From positions 73,875 through 137,874 of the forward strand of contig QPMI01000145.1 in the NCBI GenBank assembly GCA_004431415.1: a stretch of DNA of 64,000 nucleotides, read 5' to 3'. Numbering within the stretch: the stretch's first letter is position 1; the number at the start of each line of letters is the position of its first letter. The notes under the pieces were generated by a model. It worked only from the letters and a program-made list of their open reading frames with translations, was not told the origin of the DNA and searched no databases. The position numbers and the translations under genes were made by a program. Of this stretch, positions 33,625-48,215 are shown piece by piece. The DNA comes from Cyanophora paradoxa CCMP329. Its lineage: Eukaryota; Plantae; Glaucophyta.

Positions 33625-33829
33625 TCGAAACTCTCTGTGAGCTGATATCGATCATGACTTCAAGCCGGCTCATTCACTCGCAGGCGAGACGTAACAAACC
33701 CGGCTTCAAGCCGGCCCCGCAGCTCACTCGCAGAAGCGTGGCGCCGCGCGCGCGGGCCAAGCCTCTCGCCGCATCAGTCCGTCGCAGCCAGATAGCACAC
33801 CACAGCGGAAGCGGTTCGGGGAGGCACGA

Positions 33830-36800
33830 ATGGAGGAAGCTTCTGCGGGGTGCGGCTCGCGGCTCTTGATGTGCTCCGTCTGCTCCAATTGCTTTGTTCT
33901 CACGCACGAGCGCAGCGAGGCTCGCCCGGGCGGCGCCTGCGCCGAGCGCGGCGAGCGGGAGCTGGCCATGGGGAGAGCATCGGGGCACACGGCGTCCGCC
34001 GCCGCTGCTGTTCATGGTGCCGCTAGCACGTCCACACAGCTCGCAGCATCGTTCGCCCTCGCCCGAGCCGGCTCAGCCGGCGGATCGCGCGGCACGGTCT
34101 TCCGCGCGGCGCCTGCTCGGCCGTTGGTGCACACAGCGCTTCCTGCGCCGCCCGGCGAGCGCAGCGGACCGGCAGCGCACGTGAGGATGCGGGAAGAGCT
34201 CCTGCAGCTGCGCGAGCGGCAGCTCCCCATCGTAGCCGTCCGACAAAGCGCTAGTACTAGTACCAGTGTTTCGGAGGCCGAGCGGCGCGCGGCGGCCGCT
34301 GCCCCGGAGCGGGACCGAGAGGCGGAGCTTGCGTCGCGCGTCGCGGATCTTGAGCGGCAGCTGCAGCGGCAGGCGACGGAGATCGAATCTTTGAACGCGC
34401 GGCTGCAGCAGATCCAGGGGCTCCGCTCGTCCGACTCTTCGAGCAGCACCAGCCCGGCGCCGCCCCGATCGAAGCAGCAGCCGCAGCCGCCAACGCCGAA
34501 CGACGAGCGTTCGGCGAAACGGCAGCGGACGGCGGGCCCGGACACGGCGCCGGCGTGCCCCTTCGACGTCCTCCCGGACGAGCTGGTGAAGCGCATCTTC
34601 GAGCAGCTCGGCATGCACGCCGCCTACCGCGGCTGCGTCGACGACGTGTGCCGGCGGTTCCGGCGCGTTCTGGCGCTAATAGAGTGGCCGGCGCTCGTCG
34701 TTTCCCTGCACATCGCCAAGGGACTGCGCCCCATTTACGACGACGAGTCCGACGACTCGGAAGATCGGGTGCGCCTCTTGCACTTGCATAGCTATGATCA
34801 AGCTTGCTTAAGGCCGATCTTAGCGGTCGCACGCAGTACCGCGACCGGAAGTCGGAGGCTGAGGTGCTAGTGGAGACCTGGCGGAAGCTGCTGCTGGGGG
34901 GCCGGGCGCGCCTCAAGGAGGGCGGAAAGGTGACTGTCTACATCAACTTTCCCAAATACTTGAACCGAGATGAATACGTGAGCGCCCTAGCCGCTGCGTT
35001 CTTACCGCTCTCGTTCATCTTGCTGACTCGAGATCTACCCTTGGACCAGTTTCCCGACGAGGCGTTCCGCGAGTGTAAGGAAGTTGGGGCGCAGCTGCCC
35101 GCCTTCTTCAGCGCCGCCGCGCGAAAATCGCCGGGCGGCCTTGGGACCGCTTGCATTTCTCTTCATGGCGACACAACGATGTTTTTTGTGCGTCCATGGC
35201 TCTGTTTCTTTAATCCTTTGAATTGCTACCCATGCTACCTCACCATGGCCTCACCGTGCCTTAACTTGTCTCACCATGCTACCCATGTCTCAGGTGTACA
35301 GGTCGGATGCTCGGTTCAAGATGGACGAACTTCTGTGCAACGTCGCGCTTGGCCTCGGCACCAGCGGCGGGGCCCGTTGCTTGAAGTTTCGGTCCTCTGT
35401 CGACGAAGTACTCAAGGAGACTGCAGCACGCCGCGCGACCTCCGACGTGCTCCAGCGGTCCCTCCAGCCGCTCTCGTCCACCCTGCGCGAGCTGGAGCTG
35501 CCCTCAGACTTCTTCCTGCTCTCCGACGATGCCCGGGCGATCGTGGCGTCCCTGCCTGGCCTGCAGAAGCTCGACGTTGTGTTGGGAGAGGACGATGCGG
35601 GCGGCTCGGGAGCTGCCAACGCCATCGGACAGTTGTCATCGCTCCAGAATCTGACGCTCGGACTTCAGAACCCGACCCGTGACAGCGCCACGGATGTGCT
35701 GCAGGGCATTGCACGTGGAGTTGCAGCTCAGTCGTTGAAGACTCTTCTCGTGGCTTGTACGCTAGTTGATGATATCACTACTCCTCTCACTAGTACTGCA
35801 CCTCGTAATCCATTTGGCAGATCTTGGCGCCCTCACACCAGACGCCATGGAATGGATTGCACGCATGCATGGTCTCACCGGGCTTTCCATTACTGTGAGC
35901 CTCACATTCTAAAACGCCATCCTCTCCGCACGCTGCTCGTCCACTGATGGACTGATTTCGCTATGTATGCAGGTGAACCGGAGGAGCGCGCGCAGCCTGC
36001 GCAAAATCTCGGCTCTCCGTTCGTTGGAGTATCTAGGACTTTTCCTAGGTCTCCCAGAAGCGCCAGAGGAAGGCTACACCGAATCTGAGGCGTCCAGAGC
36101 GATGCGGCACACGAAGGAAATGTGCGAGGACGTGGCTGACGCCCTGAGGCCCCTCGTTCGCAAACAGCGGGCGGAGGGCCAGACGCCCTCCCAGGGCATT
36201 CAGACCATGAGGCTGTGGGTTTGCCAGGAGGATCACCACCTGCGCGACGGGGCGCGCGTGTCCCCCTTCGACTCGGTTGCCTTTGCGGACCTCGTCTCTT
36301 CCATCTCGACAGTCCTCACCTACGTCGAGTGCGTTGCGTATTTTTCAGTTGCAGTTGGTGTTTTCGTCCTTAGGTTGACATGACAGGGCCCGGTCCCACC
36401 TTGCAGGTACGAGACGTTCGTTCTCGACGCGCCGTCCACACGCGAGCTGGAGGCGCTGGCGGCCTGTCCGCGGCTGGAAATCATGGAATTCCGGCACCGC
36501 GCGCAGCACGCCACCGACGTGCAGGTGTACAGGTTCGCCGTATATATATGGTCGTCTGCGTTCTGGGCTTCCTTTAAAGCAGAAGTGTTCGCGCTTCGCA
36601 GCTCCATCAAGCACGTGGAGGAAGTCGATGACTGCGCGCCTCCAGCAGCAAGCTCAAGTGTCTCCGGCGACAGGGCCATCAGCCTTCCCGGCGACTGCAC
36701 TCTCTCGGTCCACGTCGCCGTCCCGCCGCGGCATCGCTCCGCCAAGGAGGTCATCCAGTCGCTGCTGCAGACGTGGCTCCCGTCCAACACGGACAACGAG

Positions 36801-36830
36801 ATAGACGTGTTCTGCTACGACCACAACTGA
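33830..36830 (+). CDS. F-box / LRR-like protein with coiled coil (multi-exon)
   Basis: F-box CPFDVLPDELVKRIFEQL...VCRRFRRV; coiled coil ELASRVADLERQLQRQ; LRR-like LRELEL, LPGLQKLDV, LSSLQNLTL, LRSLEYLGL, CPRLEIM. Confidence 0.8.
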
Positions 36831-37076
36831 AAGTTACATGTGCATGCCTTGTACATGTAACCCATGTTCTAGGCAGCTTGCCGACCCGTCTTTGCGCAGG
36901 CGCCGGCATAAGCTTTTTTCTGTAGCTTGATATTGCATTTGCATTCGAATTTGAAACGAATCGCGCTTGCAAGTACTGCAAGTCGCGATCGCAGGGGGGG
37001 GGTATAGTGGGCCCAGAGGGGGGTGAGCCGGGAGGGAGGTCTCGAAGCTTTCAGACTAGCTGCCGCAGCCCCCCGG

Positions 37077-40000
37077 CTAGTAAAGGGGGCGGGTGGGCGA
37101 GCCGCCTCGCGAGCCGGGCCCCGGCCAGGACCCGGCGCCCACGCCGGCGCCGCCGCTGAACGCCCCCTCGCCCCCGCCCTCCTCCTCCTCCTCCTCGCCC
37201 CCGCTGGAGCGGCGGCGGGGCGGCGAGCGGCCGGCCGGGGCCTCGGAGCCGGGCGAGGCGGTCAGCGTGTAGGCGTGCGAGATCGAGTCCGACACCAGCG
37301 TGAGGTACTGCGGCGGCGTCAGCTGGCCCCTCTCTCCCACCAGACAGATCAAATTGAAGCTCGACTCGCTCGGCTGGGCTCACCTGGCGGCGGGCGGCGG
37401 ACTGGCGGGCGAGCTCGAGGTCCCGCTCCTCCGTGTCCGCCAGCTGCTTCGTGATCTGCTCACTTGCAGTTAGCAATTGTTAGCGGATTTGAAAGCAAAT
37501 TCAAACGGGCCTCGTAGAGCTTGTCGGCCATGGCGGAGACCTGCCGCTCGAGGTCCGCGCTGTGGGCGACCCGCTTGCGGCCCAGGGCGTGCACCCACGC
37601 CACCCACGCCCGCGTCCGCAGCCGCTCCCGCGCCCCCGCCTGCCCCCGGCGCCGGCGCCCGCCTCGCCTCAGCCGACGCGGAAGCAAGCGAGGGCGAGGC
37701 GGCGGCGGCAGGGGCGGGCGGGGCAAAGGCGCACGCGGAAGTGGTCGACGACGCGGACGGCGGTGAGGCGCGCGTGGCGCGTGCGGTCCGCCCACTCCCG
37801 CCACGCCCGCATCACCCGCATCACCTGCGCGCGAGCGCACACACGCGTCAGAGATCCAGATCCAGACCCAGAGCAAAGACCGGGCCGCCGCAAAACGCGC
37901 GGGGGGGCCTCGCGGTCGTGGGACTTAAAAGAGGGGCGGGCGCGAGGGGCGGGCAGGCAACGGGGGGAGTGGCATGGGCGGGCGGGCGGTCTGGAGCAGT
38001 CTAGAGCAAGGCCGGCGGACGCGGCGCGGGCGGGACGGGGCGGGGCGGGACGGGGCGGGGCGGGGCGGGGCGGGGGCGGGCCTGGCGGTCGTGGAACTTG
38101 AAGTGGAGGCAGAGGGCCATCCGCTCCATCAGCGCCCCCCGCTCCGCCTCCCCCGCCACCTCCCGCTCCTGCGCGGCGGGTCGGCGGCCGGGCCGGCGGG
38201 CGCTGAGCGAGGGGGCCGGGGAGCTGGCAAGCTGACGTGCGCGCGCACCCGTACTTCAGAGTCGCGGAGGGCGGCCGCCGCCTCCGCCCGCCGCTCCGCC
38301 TCTACCATCGCCCTGGCGAGAGGCGCCGCCGCCGTCAGCTTCGAATCCGGGGCTGGCTGGCGCGGGCGCGGGCGAGCGGCCGGCGCCGCCTCTCGCCGCC
38401 TCGCACGCATGCGCGCACCGCTCGGCGTCCTCGGTCCGCGTCTCCATGCGGACGCGCGAGCGCGCGTCGGCGCGGACCTGCGCCCGAGAGTTAGTAAGTA
38501 AGCTAGCTAGATAGCTAGCTGTCAGTTATCTACTTAGTTAGCTAGCAAATCTCTCTAAAAAGAGTTTTTCTCGTGACCTTCCAGACGAAGAGGGTCTTGA
38601 GGAGGCGGAGGCGCTCCTGTGCCTCCTCGAGCGCCTCGAACTGCTGCTCGGCCAGCGTCGACTGCACGGCAAGCTCCCGCCTGGCCTCCTCCAGCGCCCC
38701 GTCCGCCTCCCGCCGCTCCGCGCGCAGCCGCTCCGCCTCCGCCCGCCCGTCGTGCAGCGCCCGCGCCTCCGCCTGCCGGGCCCCAGACGACGGCTCACGA
38801 GAGAAAGGAAGAAAAGGAAGGCTTCTTCATGCTCCTAGAGCTTAAGAAAGGCCTCCTAAGGTCGGGGCTCGCTCGCATGCGCACGTCGAGGGCGGCGAGG
38901 CGGCGGGAGAGCTCGTCGCGCTCGGCCATGCGCCCCGCCTCGCTCTCCATGAGCGCCGCCTCGTGCTTCAGCCGCCGCTCTCGGTCCAGCACCGTCTGAA
39001 AGGGCGGGGAAGGGGAGGGCGGTCAGGTAGAGGTAGAGGGGCGGGGCTGGGAGGGGCGGAGGGTGGGGGGGCTGGCTGCCTTCCAGACGAGGAGGGCGCG
39101 GCAGGACTCCCAGCGCCGCGAGCGCTGCGCCAGCGCCTCCGTCCGCCAGTCCGCGAAGGCCGCCTGCAGCACCGCGCGCCGCCCCGTCCGCTCCGCCCGC
39201 CGCTCCGCCCGCTCCCCCATCGCCTGCCCCGCCCGCCGCCCGGCTCGCTCGCTCGCTCGCTCGCGGAGGGCGCCGCGCCGCGCCGCGCCGCGCACCGCCT
39301 TGCGCCGGCGGTGGGCGACGTAGGCGCGCCAGGCGGCCCACGCATCGCGGCAGCGGCCGGCCTCCCACCGCCTCGCGATGCGGTCGCCCGCGACCGTCCG
39401 CGCGTGCCGCGCCGCCGCCCACCTGCGTGCGGCACAGGCGCCGCCGTCAGCAGCGCGGCCGGGGAGAGCGGGCGGGCGGGCGTGGGGACCTCCGCCAGGC
39501 CGTGAAGGCGCGGGTGGTGTCCAGCGCGGCGCAGGCGGCGGCGTGGCGGTCCGCCAGCGAGCGCGCCGCCGCCGCGCGCCGCATCCCGCCCGTCTCCAGC
39601 TGCTCGTACTGCGGCTCGTCAGAGCGAGCCCGACAGGCGGGGCGGGCGGGGCGGGGCGGGGCGGGGCGCACGTGGAGGAGCGCGCCGCGTCTTCCGCTTC
39701 CCTCCGCGCAGCCTCCTCCGCCGCCTGCGCCGTCCGGCCCCGTCAGGCGCCGGAGCGGGCGCCGGGCGCTGGGCGGCGCGGGGCGGCGCCTTCTCGGCCT
39801 TGCGGCGTGCGGCCTGCAGCTCGCGCTCCAGGGAGGCCACCGTCCCCTTCAGCTGCACCACTGCGCGGGCCGCGGCGTCGGGCGCCCGCCCGTGCAAAGC
39901 GGAGCGGGGCGGGGCGGGGCGGGGCGGGCGGGGCGGCGCACGCTCGAGGGCTGCCTTCTCGGCCGCCACGCGCGCGTCCAGCGCGTCCCGCTGCGGCCGT

Positions 40001-43000
40001 GCGAGTGAGTCGGACCGGCGCCAGCGGCGGCGGCGCTCTTCAGAGCGGCGCCGGGGCGGGGCGGGCGAGCGGGCGGACCTTGGCCGAGTCGAGGCGGCGG
40101 GCGTACTCCTCCTTCTCCATCTCCGAGACGCGCCGCACTCGGTCCCCCTCCTGCGCCCGCCAGTGAGCCCTCGCTCGCCTCCGAAGAAGAAGGGGAGGGG
40201 GGCGAGGGGGCCGGGCGGGCGGGCGCGCCTTGCCGTCGGCGAGGGCGGCGCGCAGCTGCGACTGGAGGCCCTCCGCCTGTACTTTCGCCGCCGCCGCCTC
40301 CCGCCGCGCCTCGCTCTGCAGTCGTAGGCGCCGCCCGCGTGAGCAGAGGGGAGGTAGAGGGGGTAGGGGGCGCACAATCTCCTCCATGCAGCGCGCCGCG
40401 TCGCGCTCCCGCTCCTTCGCCGCCTCCGTCTGAGGCAGTCGCGGAGGGGCGCGGTGAGGGCAGAGTTCAGAGGGCGGGAAGGGCGCGCACGGCGCGGCCG
40501 AGGGCGTCGCGGAGCTGCGCCTGCGTCGCCGCCAGCTGCGCCTGCACCTCCCCGAGCCGCTGGCGGGGGCGTCAGGCACAGCAGACAGAGCCGAGCGGGC
40601 AGAGAGGGCGCGGGGGGAGGGGGCGAAGGGGGGTACCTGGGCCTCCTCGGCGTTGGCGCGCTGCAGCTGCTCGATGCGCTCCGCGTCCCGCCGCTGGTAC
40701 GCCCGCTGCCAAACCGAACCAGTAAGTCAGCGGCCAGCGAAAGAGCGAGCGAGTGCTGGCCGGCCCCGCCGCGCGCGCGCGGGCACCAGCTTCTGGACCT
40801 CCTGCTGGAGCAGGTCCCGCTCCACGCCCGCCCGCTCCGCCTCCACCTGCCCCGAGCGAGCAAGCAAGCAAGCAGGTTAGCCGGCTCAGCTCCTGCCGCC
40901 CGCCCGCCCGGCCCCAAGAAGCTTAGAGCAGGCGTAGATAGATCCAGGCTGAGAACAGAGCCGAGCGGGCCTTGAGCTCGGGGACGAACAAGAACAAGCT
41001 TAGATAGCTCCAGGCTTAGAAGCTTAGAAGAACACGCTTAGATAGCTCCAAGAAGCTTGAAGAACAGGCTTGGATAGATAGATAGATCCAGGCTTAGAAT
41101 AGGACGGGCGGGCCTTGAGCTCGGGGACGAGGCGGGCGAGTACGCCCTCCTTCTCCCCCGCGATGGACTGCGCCTCCTGCCGCGCCATCGCCAGCTGCGA
41201 CGCCAGGCCCTCCTTCTCCCGCTCCCTCAGCGCCAGCGCCTGCGCGCGCGAGGAAGAAGCTCAGCGGAGGGAAGGACGGCTCGATCGGATCGCGCGCGCC
41301 TGGTCGCGGCGGTCGAGCTCCTCCTCGAGGGCCTCGCGCGCCGCCTCGCTCTCCTGCAGCTGCTCCGCCAGCTTCTGCGCCGCCTGCACCGCCTCCCGCA
41401 GGTCCGCACGCAGGTCCCTGGGCGAGGGGAAGACGATGAGCGATGGGGGAGGCGGGGCGGAGCTACAAGCCAAGACAAGACAGAAGAGCCAAATGGGCTG
41501 CAGGCAGGCAGGCGCGCACCCGGCCTCGCGCATGCGCTCCTCGACCTCGGCCTGCGACGCGTCCGCCTCGGCGCGCTGCAGCACCCGCCGCTGCTTCACC
41601 TGCCCCGCCGCCCCGCCCCCGCTTTCAGAGGAGGGGGAGGAGGAGGGGAGAGGGGGGGTGACGGGTCGTCTCGGTCGCCTCGTACCTCGCGGCGGAGCTC
41701 GGCGGCGGCGGCGCGGGCCTCCTCCTCGGCGCGGCGCGCCGCCTCGGCCTGCTTCGCATGCGCGCTCTTCCACCGCTCCACCTCCGCCTCCGCCTGGACG
41801 ATAGATGGATCTCAGAAGAAGAAGCAAGAGGAAGAGAGAGAAGGGAAGGGGGCGCTCGCCAGCTCGCGGGCCTCGATCTCGCGCATGACGCGGGCGCGGC
41901 TCTCCGCCAGGTCCCGCCGCACCCGCTCCTTCCCCTCCCCCGCCTTCCCCGCCTCCGCACGCAGCTCCTCCGTCACCTGGGGGCGAAGGAAAGCACTCAG
42001 TCCCCACCCGCCCCCGCTCCCCAGCTTCGCCCCACCTTTAAAGCTGCGACGACGCGGGACATGAGCTCCTTGCGGACGACCTCGCGCTGGTGCTTGGCCC
42101 GCCGCAGCGCGATCTTGTACGCCAGCACCTGCCGCGCCGGCCGGGCCAGGCGTCAGCAGGGGCCGGAGGGGGGTTGAGTGCGGGCGGGCGCGCCTGCCGC
42201 TCGAGAGCGTCGACCTTCTCCGACTCGGTGAGGTTGGCGGGGAGGGGCCCCCCCGACCCCTCCGCCAGCAGGTCCGACCCGTCGTCGTCCAGGGGCGCCG
42301 CCCCGCCCCTCAGCTCCCGCAGCGTCTCCGAGAGCCGGAGGTACGAGGAGGGCACGTCGCCCGGCGCCGCCCCCGTCTGCGTGCCCGAGAGCAGCGCCGA
42401 AAGCTCGGCCTCGAGCCCCGCGATGGCCCGCTGCTCGGAGGAGGCGCTGAGGGCGCCGCCGGACTGCACCGACTCGCGCAGGCCGACGTGCGCGGGCGGG
42501 GATCCGCCGCGCGCGGGGGTGGCCCGCGGCGTAGGCCGCGAGGGCGGCGCCGAGGCCGCCCGCTCCGTGCTGCGGCTCACGTCGACGCCGCTGCCGCCGC
42601 GGCTCGCGAGGGACATCACCGCCTCCGCCACGCGGCTCACGTCCTCCTTGTACCCCCCGAAGGACTGCGGGGCGTCGGTCAGGGGCTTCAAATTCTGAGC
42701 TTCTCAGAGAGAGCGAGAAAGGACGGCCGGCTCGCCTTGGGGACAGTGGGCATGCCGATGGTGTGGATGCGCTGCGCGAACTTGAGAGTGGCCAGCGTCT
42801 CCTTGTACGACGTGTACCTGAGGGGCGCGCGGGTGGACACCGGTCGGTCGAGGGGGGAGGGGAGGGACGGAGGGAGGGGCACGCACTGGGGGGAGGGCGA
42901 GATGGTGGCGAGGAGGACCAGCTCGCAGCCGGGGACGAAGCTGGCGGGGGGGTACCGGACCTCGGCGAGGGCTGGGGGGGCGGGCGCTCGGAAGGGAGCG

Positions 43001-44847
43001 GAGGAGGGGCAGCGCACGTGTCGCGGAGGACGTGGTTGACCTTGCAGTCCCGGAAGGGCTTGTGGGGGCACGCCCCGTGCAGGAACTGACCGGCGCGCGC
43101 GCTCAGAGCTCAGGGGAGCAAGGAGGAGGAAGAGGCGGAGGCGACGCCCGCCCGCCCGCGCGCCCACCTGGATCATGTTGGTGAAGGCGTCGAAGGCGAG
43201 CGCGATGCGGCGCCGCTCGACGGCCGGGGCGCCCCGCCCGTACCCGTCCTTCTCGTGCGGCTGCGTGCCCAGAACGGGCGCTCAGCCTGGAGCGGAGGGG
43301 TGCATACATAAAGAACGCGGCAGGCGTCCGGACCTTCTCGGAGCCTGCGTACTCGACGAAGTGCAGCTTGGTGCCCTTGCCTGCCGCCCGCCCCGGCCTC
43401 AGCCTAAGCCTGGGCACTCGTGGCTAGGCCGCGGACCGATGGGCTGCCCGTCGGGCCCGATCTCGGCGTCGGAGTAGAGGCCCACGGTGAAGACCGTGTG
43501 GCTCCGCGCCTCGAGGTCCTCCGCCTCCTCCGTCGCCGCCGCCCGCACCAGCGCCGAGCTGCCGGACCGGGGCGTTGGAGGGGAAGGAAAGGAGAGGAAA
43601 GGAAGGAAAAGGGAGAGGAGGGGCACCGCTTGAAGATCTTGTCGGCGGCGTTAAAGCTGTCGAGCCGGCGCTCGGTGAGGCCCTGCGCGGAGGTCAGGCG
43701 CGCAGGCGCGGCGAGGGCGGCAGGCGGGGGCGGGCGGGCGGGCGAGCGGGCCTTCACGTGCGTGCCGCGGCGCCTCTCCTCGCGGTCCGCCTCGAACGGG
43801 TCGAACGGCACGCGGGGCGGCAGCTGCCCGATCTTCAGCTTGGGGACCTCCGGGACGCGCTGGCCCATCTTCCCGATCCTGCGCGGCGGCGGCGCGGGCG
43901 GGCGGTTGGGACGGGCAGGGCGCCGGCAGGGCGGGGGCCTCCGCACTTCGCGACTGCCTCCTTGACCTCTCCGGCGTTGTACGCGGCAATGTCCTTCTGC
44001 GGCGTGAGCGGCGCCGAGCCCGGCGTCGCCGGCCGCTGCCTCAGGCCGGCCGTCGGCGTCGAGCCGGGCTCGCCGGGCTCGCGCAGGCCCTCCATGATCT
44101 TCAGGTTCTTGTTCCGCGGCTTCAGCAGGTCGTAGAGGTTCTCGTTCTGGACCTGCAGGAACGAGACGAAGATGTTCACGCCGCCGCGCTTCGCCGCCGA
44201 TCGGGATTTCGAGTCTGCGCGCGCGAGAATCCTTAGCTGCGCGCGCTGGGACTCGCGCCCCCGCCCTGCGCGCTCACAGTCGAGGATGTGCTCTATGGCC
44301 CGCTGGATGATGCCGCGCTCGGACACCGGGCCGTGAGCGGGTCCTTCCAGGCTGTAGGACTTCCCCGTAGAAGTCTGCCCGTACAGAAACACCGCCGCAC
44401 TCCGCCCCTGGGGCCCCGCAGCTAAGTCGGGGCGCCTCGAAGCCGGCGGCGGAGAGGGCCGCGGCACCTTGAGGACTGTCCTGACCGCCTTCCTTACGCT
44501 GTTTTCGTAGACAAGGCTCTGCGAAGTCCTCGCATCGTACACCTGGTCGAAGGTGAACGTCCTGTGGTCCCCGATCTCAGCGTCGTCCAGGGAAATGGTG
44601 TCGCCCGCGACGGAGAAGGCCTGGCGCTCCCTGCGGAACAGTGCATCAGAGCGAGCCGCATATAGGCGCATTGTCTCGCCGCCCAGCTGGCGCACCCCTC
44701 GTTCACGGGCTTGACCCGGACGGCGACATGCACATGGCAGCCGCGGGGCGGGCTAGAGTCGCGCTCGTCTCGCTCGTGCGGGCTGCTGCTGCGTGCTCGG
44801 CCAGACCGCACGCTGCTAGCCCGCTCCAGCTCCTCCGCGTCACTCAT
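37077..44847 (-). CDS. Kinesin-like protein: N-terminal motor plus long coiled-coil tail, many introns
   Basis: VHVAVRVKP, FTFDQVY, LYGQTSTGKSYS, GIIQRAI, VSFLQVQNENLYDLL, ARSHTVFTV, KLHFVEYAGSEK, LATISP, YKETLATLKFAQR. The 3' end is inferred from E/R/A-rich exons. Confidence 0.85.
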
Positions 44848-46531
<1,684 letters not shown>

Positions 46532-47409
46532 GCTGACCGCTGATGGCGGACGCCCGCATCGAATCGGGTCGACGTCGAAGCGGAATCGCTGAGTCAGTGA
46601 TTCATTGTGGTAGGGCTAGGTAGCTTAGGTCGCGGGCGCAGGTCGCCCGTCCTCGTTATAAATATATACGTCTATATGGCGGATCGGGGGTACGGAAAAT
46701 TTGCGGTAGCGCGACGATTACGGCGGCGCAGCGGGCCAGGTTTCCCACCCGTGGGTTCCTGATAACGCTGCGTGTCAAGCTGCTCGGAAAGTCGCGCGCC
46801 AGCTCCACCCGACCCCCGTAGCCAGAACGCGCTAGATAGACCAGCCGGGCGTGCACGGACAGCCGACACGAGCACATCATCACCAAGCGCAACCGCCGAA
46901 GTCGATAGCCCGCCCCCGGAGCGCCAGGCAGCCCCGCCAACCTCGCCGCGTCATCTTTTTTGAATTCCACGGACCCCCGGACCCCACCTGCGCCCTGCGC
47001 GTAGCGCAAAGCACTCGCCCTGCCTCTCCCGATAGAAGATAAGAGCTCTTAAGCAACTGAACTGCCGCCCAGTCCCCGCGCATTGCGCCTCGGTGCGGAC
47101 ACTCACTCGCTGCCTGTCACACCGCAGTCATGAGCCGACCATCCACGGACTACACACCGGATGTCGCCGCCATGCCCGGCGAACGACGTAGACCGTGCTT
47201 GCGCGACGCTCGCCGGCGCCCAGGCCCCGCGGGCCCACGCCCCCGCCCGCTTTCCCCCGGACTGGGCCCAAAGGGCGCCCACCTGGACTCCTCCCCCCCG
47301 AGGTCGGTACAGAAGCGTGTACGCTCGGACCCCCTGCCCCCCGTCCGCAGTCCGAGCCAGACGAGGCCCGCCCGGACCCGGCCTTCAAGCCGGCCCCCGC
47401 CCTCCCGCC

Positions 47410-48215
47410 CCAGCGCCCCGCCCTCGCCCTCCGGCTCCAGCGCCCCGCCCTCGCCCTCCGGCTCCAGCGCCCCGCCCTCGCCCTCCGGCTCCAGCGCCCC
47501 GCCCCCACCCTCCGGCTCCAGCGCCCCGCCCCCGCCCTCCGGCTCCAGCGCCCCGCCCCCGCCCTCCGGCTCCAGCGCCCCGCCCCCGCCCTCCGGCTCC
47601 AGCGCCCCGCCCCCACCCTCCGGCTCCAGCACCCCGCCCCGCCCTTCGGCTCCAGCGCTCCGCCCCGCCCTTCGGCTCCAGCGCCCGCCCCCCACCCTCC
47701 GGCTCCAGCGCCCCGCCCCACCCTCCGGCTCCAGCGCCCGCCCCGCCCTCCGGCTCCAGCGCTCCGCCCCCGCCCTTCGGCTCCAGCGCCCCGCCCCCAC
47801 CCTCCGGCTCCAGCGCCCCGCCCCCACCCTCCGGCTCCAGCGCCCCGCCCCCGCCCTCCGGCTCCAGCGCCCCGCCCCGCCCTCCGGCTCCAGCGCCCCG
47901 CCCCACCCTCCGGCTCCAGCGCCCCGCCCCACCCTCCGGCTCCAGCGCCCCGCCCCGCCCTCCAGCTCCAGCGCCCCGCCCCCGCCCTCCGGCTCCAGCG
48001 CTCCGCCCCCGCCCTCCGGCTCCAGCGCCCCGCCCCCACCCTCCGGCTCCAACGCTCCGCCCCCGCCCTCCGGCTCCAGCGCCCCGCCCCGCCCTCCGGC
48101 TCCAGCGCCCCGCCCCCGCCCTCCGGCTCCAGCGCCCCGCCCCGCCTCCGGCTCCAGCGCCCCGCCCCGCCCTCCGGCTCCAGCGCTCCGCCCCGCCCTT
48201 CGGCTCCAGCGCCTT
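47410..48215. repeat. C-rich minisatellite, ~22-27-bp units (ccggctccagcgccccgcccccgccct)
   Basis: About 30 tandem degenerate copies; open in all six frames. Confidence 0.95.
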
